A DNA stretch of 64,000 nucleotides, taken from the NCBI GenBank assembly GCA_965644495.1, contig CBFFSA010000011.1:124001-188000 (forward strand), given 5' to 3'. Origin of the DNA: Perkinsela sp. CCAP 1560/9. Taxonomy: Eukaryota > Protista > Euglenozoa: Kinetoplastea. The stretch's first letter is position 1; each line of letters begins with the position of its first letter. Both the position numbers and the translations under genes were made by a program. Under the pieces are notes generated by a model that saw nothing but the letters and a program-made list of their open reading frames with translations, ran no database searches and was not told where the DNA came from. Of this stretch, positions 35,996 through 47,618 are shown piece after piece.

Positions 35996-37460
35996 TATGG
36001 GTGGGCACCTTCAGAGTGGGGGGGTCTAAAATTCGTAAAACTTGTTCAATTTTGGAAAGTAATAGCGCATTCGAGAGCTCTCAAATAGTCTGGTGTAATC
36101 GTAAAAAGCACTCTGCGAAAGTTTACGGGAATCAAAGAAAGCTAGAATGGTCCCAAACACGAATTGCAACTTTATTTTTTAAGCGAAAAAGTCCTTTTTT
36201 TCCAAAAAAAAAAGGTTTGAAGTGCCTCGTATGCACTCTCGATAGAAGAGAGGAGATCTGCGCGATTGCGTGGTCGCATGCGATCCTTGTGCTGATCCAT
36301 GATATTCCACAAGTTTTCGATGGGGTTGAGATCCGGCGACTTTGCGGGCCAGGGGAGCGTTCGCACGTTTTGCTGCTGAAAAGTACGCCTTGCCAAGTTG
36401 TGCGCAGGGCAATTGTCCATAGCAACAACTGCACGGTGCCTGTGTAGGTAGTTCAAAAGACCATTACGCTTGGTCATGGCAGCTTCGAAAACAGCCCCGT
36501 TCACAGTAACTCTATTTCCCTGCTCATCTCTATTAGGAAAAATGTGCAGATGAAATCCATGCTTTATGCTTACCCCCATCCACACCATTATACCATCGCC
36601 CCCTACCCACGCTTCCAGCTCACCTAGCTGCTCTTTTACAGGGTCGGACCGTCGGCAAAGGTAGGTGTTTTTGGTAGACTTCTTGCAGGTAAACTTTTTC
36701 TCATCACACCAAATAATATTATCAAGCTGGTGTTCGCTCCAACCCGACATGTCCTTACAGAATCGGACTCTAACGTCTTTATGCTGTTGGGTTAGTCGTG
36801 GTTTACGCTGAACTACGCGGAGGATAATATCGGGCTTCAAAGCTCGATCCAAAGTGCGTCTGGAACACTGAAACCCTCTGGATAGAAGTTCGCGATGTAG
36901 AGCGCACCATGATTCCACACCATAAGGAAGATCCCGTGTACCCTCATCTACTATGCGGAGTGCTTCTCCGATAAACAGTGATGTCCTAACTGTAAAATTC
37001 AGAAGTCTGGGAATGCTTTCGACATCACCAGTTTCGCTGTAACGAATGACCCATCGCTTCACAGTGCTCTTCGCTACTTCAAAGTGGCGTGCTGTAGCAT
37101 TGTAGGACCCAGAACGAAAGTAATGGTCTACGAGAAGCATGCGATGCGACGGCCTTACCTTCCCAGGTGGTGAATAAGCATCTCTCTGGAAGGGAAACCG
37201 TGATGTTCGCGATCGTACACGTTTCTGAGGCATTAACGGCGCAAAAAAACTAAAAAAAGCCAAAAAAACTGAAAAATTGCATCTTCGGGGAAAAATAAAT
37301 TCCGTGTTTTTCTATCATTTATCTCGAATGTCTAAAAACGGGAAACGGATGTTGCCATTACACCAGACTATTTGAGAGCTCTCGAATGCGCTATTACTTT
37401 CCAAAATTGGTCAAGTTTTACGAATTTTAGACCCCCCCACTCTGAAGGCGCCCACCCCTG
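35996..37460 (-). mobile_element. Tc1-like transposon with ~105-bp TIRs; transposase 36172..37233, DD32E, C-terminal frameshift
   Basis: WCDEK, AMDNCPAH, WPAKSPDLNPIENLW; TIRs at 35996-36100 and 37357-37460; TA flanks. Confidence 0.92.
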
Positions 37461-39091
37461 TAAGTGGCCACTTTTTATGCCAGATAAAGGTGCGAGTGGG
37501 CCTTCGTTCTGGTGTAGGAATGATGCAATTTGAAATTCTCTGTTCTACGGGGGTTGGTTGCGGAGCTCCTATTGCAATACGAAGAGACGTGCGTTCTTCG
37601 CTCTGCTCCGAGACACTCAGATATGTGCCGATGAAGTTCCTGTTGTAGACTCATTCTCCTCCGTTGGCTGTGAATTCGTCTGTGTGTCTCCGCGTCTGCT
37701 TACGCGAGATCGCTTTCCCATAAAGCAAAAAGAGAAATGAAAGTCAGGAAAGAATGTAATCAGATGAAATACTATATTAAATTTGACTAGTTTCGTTTGG
37801 TAAGTACATATTATGATTATTTTGCTTTGCACCTGTTGCAAAACGGGTTACCAAAAAAGTGTGCAAGTGGCTAACTTACACGTGTACGTACACACTTACA
37901 CGCGGAAGGTATGTTCGTAGATAACGGTGTGCACCTTGAGACAAGAAGCGGAAACAGACGTGGAACGAGACGGTGATGCAAGATTTTGACTGAGCAGTTT
38001 CTTGGGACCAGCCGGTAATAAGAGATGAAAAATCTTCAGTGGTGTCACTTTAGTCGGTGCTATAACCGGACGAGCAAGAAATTTCATCGTCCGGATCCCA
38101 AGCGGAATCATCACCCATTGAGCCCGTGGTGATGTCTGAAGTAGCGAATAAGCAAGAATGTTCGGGTGATCCCCTAGCCGAGAAATCGGACTCACTATCC
38201 AGCTTAAAGCTAATACTCATGGAGGTGTAATGTTGGCTAAAAAGAAAAAAATCTATAAAAAATGTGATCAAGTAGCAAAGCAGAGCTAAATTATGTATTA
38301 TTAACGGACTAAGCACGTGATGCGTAAACCAAAAACTTTGCGTAATTTTGCACTACATATTACAAGAATACGAGAAACCTAGAAAAAACTGCATCTGAAA
38401 AACTCATTTTATACTTCCTAAAAGTTTGTTGCAAGGATTCGAAACGGGACTGTAAAATCCAATACAAGTGGGATCTTGCCAGGAGAAATGTTTCAAAAGT
38501 TAAAAAAACTTTAGAGGGACTCTGCAATATTCCTATACCTTATGCAATACAGGGGGGAAATTAAGTTACTGTACCCCCCCGTTTATATAGCCTCGCTTTT
38601 GCTCAAATGAACCTATAAAGGGGGGGCGATTAAAAGTTGGCACGGAAATCACCCTACATTTCATAGCTTGGACTAGTAAACTAGTAATTACTATAGTAAT
38701 TACTAAAGTTACTACTTAAAAAGTAGGAATTACTACTTTTTTTCCCTTAAGACTAGCTTAGACCAAGTAGTTAATTATTGATCTTCCAGCTTTGTACAGG
38801 GGTGTGGCATTACTTTTGGGGCCTTTAGACGAGATAATAGAAGCTTATACTACAAGAATGTTATCATATTGTGTGTCTTCACACGTAAATTTTGCGTACA
38901 ATGTATATTTAATGCGAAGAAAATAGGGGGAGGGGGGGCGTTCGATGAATGGTCATGGAACGGGCAGTCCGTTCGATGAATATTCATCGAACAGGACGTC
39001 CTGTTCGATGAACGAATTTTCGCTCCTGAAAATGCGAATTTTCGCTCAAACACCTTGATTCTCAGAAAAGCACGTTGTGGTGCGTCGAGAT

Positions 39092-39114
39092 GTACAGAAA
39101 CAGTATCTTTATCG
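39092..39114 (-). other. Spliced-leader exon relic
   Basis: CGATAAAGATACTGTTTCTGTAC, 22/23 identical to 59943-59965. Confidence 0.65.
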
Positions 39115-39599
39115 CAAAAGGAATAATTCCCTGCATGGATGTTTGTTCAGCGCCCAGAACGATTCTTTTTTATTTCTTTTTTTGTTTTTTTTTTGTTTTT
39201 TTCAGCCAGTCAGGTTTAGTCCTGAGTCCCAGCAAAACAATTTTGAAAACGGAAACCTATGTAATATAATGTCAAGTTGACGACGCCTCGTATTTCGTCT
39301 CTTCATCGGTCTTCCTGCCCCTTTCTTATGTGTGTACATTTTTATAAATACTGTCCCCCCTCCCCTTAAGCGCAAAGTGCCCCTTTCTTATGTGTGTACA
39401 TTTTTATAAATACTGTCCCCCCTCCCCTTAAGCGCACCCGGTCAGACCCCCCCGTTTAAGCACACATAGAGTTGAGGTGCGGACTCCGGCGTCGCGAAGC
39501 GGCGCCAAATTGTTTTTTACGTACTGATTCAGACCCCCCGTTTAAGCGCACTTTTCACGGAAAACGAGGTGCGCTTAAAAGGGGGGGACAGTAACTTCC

Positions 39600-39775
39600 A
39601 GTATCTGAGTACCGGCGTTGTGGGGTTCCCAACCAGCTGAATGTGTTGATAGGACCCTACGTCTTCCGGGCACCAGTAACGGTACCAAGCACGTCGCCCT
39701 GGAGAATTCCTGTTTCATTTCGGAAAGAATCCGTATTGCCGTACGGTGTTCGGACTATGCCTTGTAAATTGGAGC
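39600..39775 (-). pseudogene. LINE RT fragment
   Basis: GIVRTPYGNTDSF..TGILQGDVL. Confidence 0.75.
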
Positions 39776-40419
39776 ACTATGACGTTTTTCACTCTTAAGT
39801 TAAGAGTCCGAGGGGTACCTCCTCGTGGGACCCCCTTGTGGTCTTTCCTGGCGCTGCTATCTTACCGATAGCACAGACGATTTTCAATAAAGAAAAAAAG
39901 GAAACCGGCAAAATTGAAATAGAAGAAGAGAAATATATGCGGATTTAGAGTCCAAATGTCCAAAGAGAGTGTGTGTCGACTTACATCTAAAATGGCATAC
40001 TGTGACCACACGGCTCGTCAGACCACACACCCCACAACTCCAGCACTTCTATCCGAATCTTTCCCTCCACCATCTGCGTGGACTCGTTGGGCTCGTCTTT
40101 CCAACGAAAAACCGCACGTACTCTTACCACTGGTCGTTCGCCTGTCGCAATCATCAAATTTTTTCTAACGACTGTAGACAACTGTTTTAAAGCTTGGGTG
40201 GGCAACGGCTCGGTAGGCGCGAGGTCGTCTGCACCTGGTGTTACACTTCAAGGGTTACGCAAGGATCCTCATCCGCCCTCGTGTCCACGTATTTTACAGT
40301 CTAGATTTTTTTGCCGTATTATGAGAAAAATTTCACACCCTTTTTTCATCACCCCCCCCTATATTATGGACAAAAGCTGAAAAAGTGTCCATAATAAAGG
40401 GACACAGTAATAGCTCGCT

Positions 40420-40900
40420 GGAGGATCTCCGACCGCTCGAGACCGCGGAGGATACTCAGCTGCCATGACCCTGTTCCGTATAATCCCGCATAGAGGCATA
40501 GATATTGAACAAAGTGCCGGTCACCTCCTCCAGGGGATACTCAGCTCCCATCACCCTATTGCTCACCATCCAAACTTTCTGAAACGCCTGCCGACCAACT
40601 ACATACACGGCGTGTATAGTCATGCCGTTATACGAACCACGTCCGTCGGTCGACTGCAGATAGAGGCGAAAGCACTCTCCTAGGATTTCAACTTTTCTGT
40701 AGAGGATTCCATCATGGTTCAACCTTCGTATTTTGCTTTCCAGAAAATTTGCCTCGTTTCCTGCAGGCACATAACACCAACCACCTTTTCGTGTGTGAAG
40801 GTAAGCACCTCATTCAGATGGGCGTTCGTCTTCCCCTTCTACAACCTATAGAAATTAAACGCTGTAACGTTTAATTCCTTGCGAACACGCTTGCTCTGAT
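40420..40900 (-). pseudogene. LINE APE endonuclease fragment
   Basis: CLQETR-like motif, VSNRVMGAE, TLFNIYA; homologous to 27805-29260. Confidence 0.65.
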
Positions 40901-41437
40901 TGCGTCTAGAAATTTTGATACGCAAGGCACAGGTTTCGTCTTTTTGCATTTACACAACCGTCCCCTTTTCCGGTCCCCATCGCCGATCGTGTATTACCGC
41001 GATGATTCCTTCGAATAGGATTCCTTCGAATTCCACAAATTTTATTACGCACTTACGGGATAATAAGTCCCGTATAATAATAATAATATTATAGGGGACT
41101 ACAGGCTATAGTTCAAAGTTATCTCTGGCGATTTCAGAGTCGAAGTTTCAGACCCTCATATGATCTACCCGTGTCGTGTGGTTAAGGGCATTGTGAGGCA
41201 ACCTTGTTCACTATGCGTAAAACGCAATATGAAAAAGAAAAGTACAATTTAATATTAATTTTTCTTTGAGGCGCGACAATCTTACACCATTGATTGTCAT
41301 GCATCCCTCTTTGGCGAAAAAGATTATGACTTAACAAATATATTGTAGCACTGTAATATTTTAATTTTTCACTGTACTTTTTGTTGCCTTAGTACCTATC
41401 GTGTACTATAATTTCTTAATTGATTCTTAGTCATCCG

Positions 41438-42214
41438 ATGCCTCCAAAATCAACCCCGAGTGTAAAGCAGTTACAGAAAAAGCAAGACAAAATGGTGGAG
41501 GATAAAACATTTGGACTTAAGAATAAAAACCGATCCAAGACTGTTCAGAAATACATTTCCTCCATTTCTCAGAATGTGAAAGGTTCTAACAACCCGGAGA
41601 TCAAGAGAAAACTCGCAGAAGCTGACGCCAGAAAAAGAGCGAAAGAGGAAAAGGGGCGCAAAGAGCAGGAAATGGCTCGCCTTTTTCAAGATATTAAAAT
41701 GCAGAAAGAAAAGAAAACCGAAGACAATACACAGGAGCTCCCAAAAGTTTACAACGAAGAAACGGGTGAGTACATGTGGCAACCAGAAGATTTTACAGCA
41801 GTGGAACATGATAGCCGTAGGTTAGAAGAACAACTCGAAACGGAGCTCGAACAGGTGCGTGCGATGCCACTAGATACAAGAACTCCCGTCACCGCAGAAA
41901 GTTTCCAGGAGTGGAAGCGATTAAAAAAGAAGGAGGAAGGAGATAAGGCCTCTCGTGCATTGAAGAAAGATTTGAAGGAGTATGAAAAGAAGGGTCATGG
42001 TATTACGGGTCGCAATTTATGGCAGCATGATGCTGCATTGTTTGTTGACGATGAGAACGCGGCCAGTGTCGTAGATTATGAAAATGAGGAGGAATATTTG
42101 GCAAATGAGAGTGATATGTGCGCGAAAATGCGTCAGAATGTGAGAGAAAACGCTCATGTCGGAAGCTTTGACAGTTCTCTTTTCGACGGTTCGGAAGTCC
42201 TACCGGAAGAGTAG
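41438..42214 (+). CDS. Tma46/ZC3H15 (DFRP1)-like DRG family regulatory protein
   Basis: N-terminal MPPK..KMVEDKTFGLKNKNRSKTVQKYI and C-terminal TPVTAESFQEWK..GITGRNLW..DDE; no CCCH fingers visible. Confidence 0.85.
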   Translation: MPPKSTPSVKQLQKKQDKMVEDKTFGLKNKNRSKTVQKYISSISQNVKGSNNPEIKRKLAEADARKRAKEEKGRKEQEMARLFQDIKMQKEKKTEDNTQELPKVYNEETGEYMWQPEDFTAVEHDSRRLEEQLETELEQVRAMPLDTRTPVTAESFQEWKRLKKKEEGDKASRALKKDLKEYEKKGHGITGRNLWQHDAALFVDDENAASVVDYENEEEYLANESDMCAKMRQNVRENAHVGSFDSSLFDGSEVLPEE

Positions 42215-43264
42215 TCCATATGAATCGACAGTGCGAACAGGTACATCATTTTCAACACAGCCACCGTATTCACTTTGTAAACCAGATTTTCCTAATTTTG
42301 TTTACCTTCTACATACCGCCGTGTGATACGTGCTAGACGTACGGATTGTTAATTACATGCAGTATGAAGCCATACGCTTCTTTGTAGTAGAACTTAGTTC
42401 CCGAAATCAAAGTTTAATCCTGTGTGTTCTATTCTTTTAAATATTTTCCTCAGAATTCGTATTATTTTTAAACTTTCTTAGACTTCGTATTCACGTGCCA
42501 CAATGTAATGCATGTCTTATTCAAACATTCTACGATTTTGTGAGCGAGGTTGCGCCTGGTATATGGTCTTGGTAACCAACCTCGACGGTACGGATGCGTC
42601 GATGTGGCTACTATAGATTCCACTGGATTGAATTTCGAAGTGCCGGTCTCAGAACTACCCTCGGTACGGGATTCTCTGTATCTAGCGAAAGGCCACTTGC
42701 GAGGCTGCTGCAACGAGGTCGTCCCATAGATGTCTGGTCTCCCAGTTTCCGTACTTGTATGGAACACTTTTCAAAGATATCGCGGGGCTCTGTGTGGACC
42801 AGCTCTATGTGGACCAGTTCTTTTTCCTTAAAACAAAAGGGGGCGCTAAATGGCCTAAATGGGGGCGCTACTTATGGCTGACACTTTACATACAATACGT
42901 AATTGTATTTTTTCGTGCGAATCGGTGACAATTACGTAGGGGGATACAGTATGCTTAATTTATTTATTCATTTCGTTTATTACTTTTACATTGTATATAT
43001 TACTTGGATCTGAAATTAATTGTGGAACGGGTGCTTCCTTTTGAGGGGACAAAGAGTCAAGGCTGGTATCGTCATCAGCTCCGCACGATACATCGGAGTT
43101 AAGACTCTTTATTTCCCCTACCGCTTCTAAAGCCTTTGCATCTACCCCAAGCGACAATGGTCCATTTCCTTGCGCTTCGGCACTATTTTTCCGGTGTTCT
43201 CTGGGAATCTGAGTATGCCTGAAAAACAATTAACTAAAAACAAGTCTCGCAGCTCTTTCAAGGT

Positions 43265-43291
43265 TGGTCCCATTTTTCGTAAACGGGGTTG
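43265..43291. repeat. Solo TIR related to the DD51E element
   Basis: GTCCCATTTTT....AACGGGGTTG+TA, matching 18111-18136. Confidence 0.6.
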
Positions 43292-44335
43292 TACAAAAAA
43301 AAATCGGCGCCGCTTCGCGGCGCCAATTTCTACGAAGCTTTGAATTTAAACACTAAATAGGAGGGACAAGGTACTAAATAGTAAATAGGGGGGAGACGGT
43401 ACATGTATTTATTATTTAGACATGGATACTTATGCGGTAGTATTACTTTTTCTACTAGAAAAATCGATGGGGGACGATAAAGTACGCGCGAATATGGTAA
43501 ACGAGATATCACTTTTCTATGTGGCTACTTTGCAGGCTATCGGATGTGAAAGCGGAAAAGACACGAAACAAACCAATGAACGACTCAAGAAAACAAACTA
43601 TTCCTTAGTTCGTCCAAAAATAGAGAAGCACGTAAAGACAAATTAATAAGTATGATGCACATTTTTTACAGTGAATTGTACATACAAGCAGGCTTTAATA
43701 AGTGTTATTTTTCTAATCTTGCCGTTGAGTTTTTATTTGACTTGCCTTCCATATACGTACAGAGATCGCATTAAGTATCCGTTGGCGACATCCTTTTCGA
43801 GCGGATCATGTGCTGTTGAAATGGGCCGTCGCGTCACTGGTCTTGTCTTTGCCCATCAACCTCGACGAGCGCATAAACATCAAAATTCTCCCCATTTTCT
43901 ATTGAATGCTCTACCCCCCCTTTTGTTTAGAGTTTTTGGTAGTGTTGTTTTGGTTTTTTGAGCGGAGGGAGGAATTCGTTTTTAAGAAATCTGTTCTTGC
44001 CCTGTTAGTCTCACTAATAAAGGGCATCAAAATCTATGATTTTTCTAGGGTGGCAAAAAGCTTCCTTTAAAAAAATCGTTTTTACTTTTACAAAACATTG
44101 TAAGGTACCTCACAAAACATGTAAGGTGTCGGAACAAACCAAGGTCGCTCGACTGAAAAGAACAACAGACTCGAGACGATTGCGTCGAAAAACGGTGGTA
44201 TGTAAAATATTCCCAAAATTGAATAACAAGGGAATGAAGCCGCCCTGGGTACGTACCTTACTACTATTAGGGATGCTACTCATTTAGTAGTACTAAAGCA
44301 AATAGTTTTTTTAGATTTCTAAAGCGGACGAAAAA

Positions 44336-45375
44336 GTGAAACTCATGCACAGTATAGATCGGGCACTCGGATGTGAGCATCAACAAAAACCCTCTAAGGT
44401 GCACAAGGCTTTTCTCGCTCAGGAATTTTATTTGGCCCGATTAGTGACCAATATAACCAATCCACACTTTTCTTGGGTAGTGGATAATCCCGTTTGTAAG
44501 TGGGACGGAGTTTTAGTGAGCAAAAACGGTGACATCGACAAGATCTTATGGAGTTTTCGTGCTCTGCAAGGACATATGAATTTTGCATACCTTCCTAAAA
44601 CACTGCGATCAGTAGAACTGAGAAAGAATCTGCTTGTAGGACGCTTAAATCTGGGACGTGAAGCGGATCATCTCGAAAGAATCATCTCGATTTGGATCAC
44701 AATAGCTTGGACAGCGAATTAGCTTTGGGAGCGCTTCCACGCAAACTCCGGAGCTTCTGGGCGCAATTCAACCAACTTCATGGGGGACTAGACTTGACAG
44801 CCTTGCCCCAAATGCTCACAGAACTGATGTTAGACCGGAATAAGTTCTCTGGAGCAGTTTTCTTCGGCGCGCTGCCCTCTACCTTGTCGCAACTATGGCT
44901 TGGTCACAATAACTTGGAAGGCTGTCTGGATCTAAGCGTCCTTCCGGATTCTCTAGACACCCTGCAATTACACAATAACTCTTTTACTGGACGGTTAGAT
45001 TTTTCTCGTGTTCCCTCATCCATCAAGCAGCTAGCCTTGGCAAGAAACAAATTTGAGGGTGAAGTTGATATCTCCCAGCTAACGGACTCAGTCTACTTTA
45101 TATCAATTTTTGATAATCACGTCACGCTTTACGTCGACAAAGAATGCGCGCCGCACGACCTTAAAAAGATTTGCGTCTATGATCCACCGAGAAAGAACCT
45201 ACAAATTAGTAAACTTCCAACGCGGTTTGCGAAATGGGATACAGAAAATCACGTGTGGTACGCCTATCATGGAGTCCTACCCCAAGTGTGCGAAGAGGCT
45301 GCGACAGGAGTGATTTCAAGTGATCGATGGTGGAAACCACTTGACGTGAGTCATTGGAAGAGCTTCGATGTATGA
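44336..45375 (+). pseudogene. Leucine-rich repeat protein, frameshifted at ~44690
   Basis: Cap CKWDGV plus LxxNxLxGxLDLxxLP repeats split over two ORFs. Confidence 0.8.
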
Positions 45376-45706
45376 TAGGTCAGATGCAGTCATACCCTCC
45401 ACATGCAGGAGTGAAAATTTCCATCTGGGAGGGGTCTAAAAATTGTAAGAATTGTGCAATTATGGAAAATAATAGCGCATTCGAGAGCTATCGCAGAGAT
45501 AGCTAGCAAGGAAGAACGAAGAACCTTGCTGTCTGTCTAGCGAACTACTCTTTCGGAGCCGATGCGCCATAGCTTCGCTGCGTAGAGAAACCTATAAAAA
45601 GGCGATGCTTCGAAAAGCTAAAAGACAGTTCAAAGTACCGCCCTAGACAATTTCGGAAAACGTTTTTTTTTTTGCAAAGAATCAAAAGCAACACCATAAA
45701 CTAATA

Positions 45707-46018
45707 CCGTATACCCTCCAGTAAGAGAATCGGTTTTGGGTCGAAATGGCGAAATCTCTTTTACTGGGGGGGGGGGTTCTTTTTTGGCCAGTTTCCTCTT
45801 TTCTCCCAACGTTTTTGACTATTTTTTCTATTTTGTGTTCTGAAAACGTGTTAAAACGCTTCTTTGGGTTACCCCGAGTCCCCCAACATGCAGACACCCC
45901 CTACCCCCTATACGCCTCCTGTGGGGTTTCCGAGCCAAATCTCTCTTACTGGGGGTCAGCCCAAAAAGGGTCAAATCCCTCTTACTGGGGGGTACCTTAC
46001 TGGGGGGGGGGTATACGG
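45707..46018. mobile_element. MITE with TA TSD
   Basis: TIR CCGTATACCC(T/C)CCAGTAAG; related end at 30960-31030. Confidence 0.8.
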
Positions 46019-46104
46019 TAGTTTTAAGGAAGAAAAATGTATCTTTTGGACCACTCGAGACCCCCTTCTTTGGAAGCTAATTGTAAATCCCAATTTGCCA
46101 TACA

Positions 46105-46865
46105 CAGTGGTGTTCAGAGTCTTTTACCCCCCCTACAGGTCTTGTATTTTGTTCGATTTTGAAAAAAAAAATGTCTGGGACTGCTTTTCGACCCAATGGT
46201 TCCGAATCCGAGGTCCTTTCCTCTCGTGGGCACCTGTATCATTCCTAAACTGAAAAAAAAAGCTGCAAAAAACTCGATATTTTTTACAGAGCACATTTTT
46301 TTCAAGATCTATACATTTTTTGGTAATTCATGACGAAGTAGCACCACCCCCTGTGTTTACCTTACTCTCGCGTGCGCCCCGAGATGAGCACGGCACTCGT
46401 GATCGAATACAAGCGACTTAAGTCCTATAAGGCAGTCGCAAAACTCCATAAATTTAACCCCGGGTCCATCATTGAAACTTTTCGTTTTTTTTCTGAAGAT
46501 CAACAGGAAACGTTTAAGAATATCTTCCGGGACTATCGTAAGCGTTTACTTTTGGTCAAGGAGGCCAAAGGGTATATGACTAAATACTAGAAGTCACTTT
46601 GCACTCCTTTTCCGCATCTTCTGACTTACTTTACTACTTTGTACTACTGTTCTTCATCCGAAACATTCGAAAACGTACACCCAAAAAAGTTGTAATTAGC
46701 TATTTTGACCCCTACCTGGCTAGGGGGGGTAGGGGGTCGCTCGAGTGAAAAGGACCTCGGATTCGGAACGATTGGGTCGAAAAACGGTGGTAGACCAAAT
46801 ATTTCAAAAATCGGACAAAATACAAGACCTGTAGGGGGGGGGGTAAAAGACGCTGATCACCACTG
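46105..46865. mobile_element. Tc1-type deletion derivative (family of 2695-3086)
   Basis: TIR CAGTGGTG(T/A)TCAG; internal HTH-like remnant 46372-46590. Confidence 0.85.
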
Positions 46866-46976
46866 TATGCTTTTTTCAAATGGAAGTTTGGGGTACGCAA
46901 GACCGTAGAGGAAGGAGGAGTCCTAGGGAGCTGTCCTAGGGAAGGAGGGTCCTAGGGAACATGTTTTTACTATGTG

Positions 46977-47158
46977 ACCCAGGCTAAAGTGGACGCGGGA
47001 AATACCAATAGTGTAGGTGCGGCAGTTTCCCACAGGAAATATGGGTTCTCCCTTGCAGCATGAAGACAGGCGCATGCAAAGGTGGAGATGCCGTTTTTCC
47101 TGTGGGAAACTGCCGCACCTGTACTATTGGTATCTCGCTCGTCCACTTTAGCCTGGGT
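46977..47158. mobile_element. Palindromic MITE
   Basis: ~65-bp inverted arms ACCCAGGCTAAAGTGGACG... Confidence 0.8.
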
Positions 47159-47618
47159 TTATGTCGAATTACACCTTGTGATAACCAAAAAATGGGAAAC
47201 GAGGTCGTCTCAGACGCAAATATGAATTTTAAAAAAATCCCTTTTTAGCGTACATTTTGACTGCGTTTCACCCATTTTTTTGTATACCACGTTCCAGGAT
47301 AGGCATGCTAGTAGGCATACTAAATGTGTATGATATACTAAGTAAGTCTTCACTACGCCAGAGTGGACTTCGTGGGCTTTGCCAGGTTTTGCCTTTCATA
47401 GGTTTCAACCCTTTAAGTGGGTATTCTACTAGTGTTGAGGGGGGTAGGTACATTAAGCGGCCTTGGAACACATAGTATACCTACTAGGTATCCTAAGTGG
47501 GCGTGGGTATACTATCCTAGAACATGATTTCGTATGAAAATATTATTCCACGGTTCATTACGAATATCACCCATACGCTGCAGTAAATTTTAAATTGATC
47601 TGTCCACCACATTGATTC

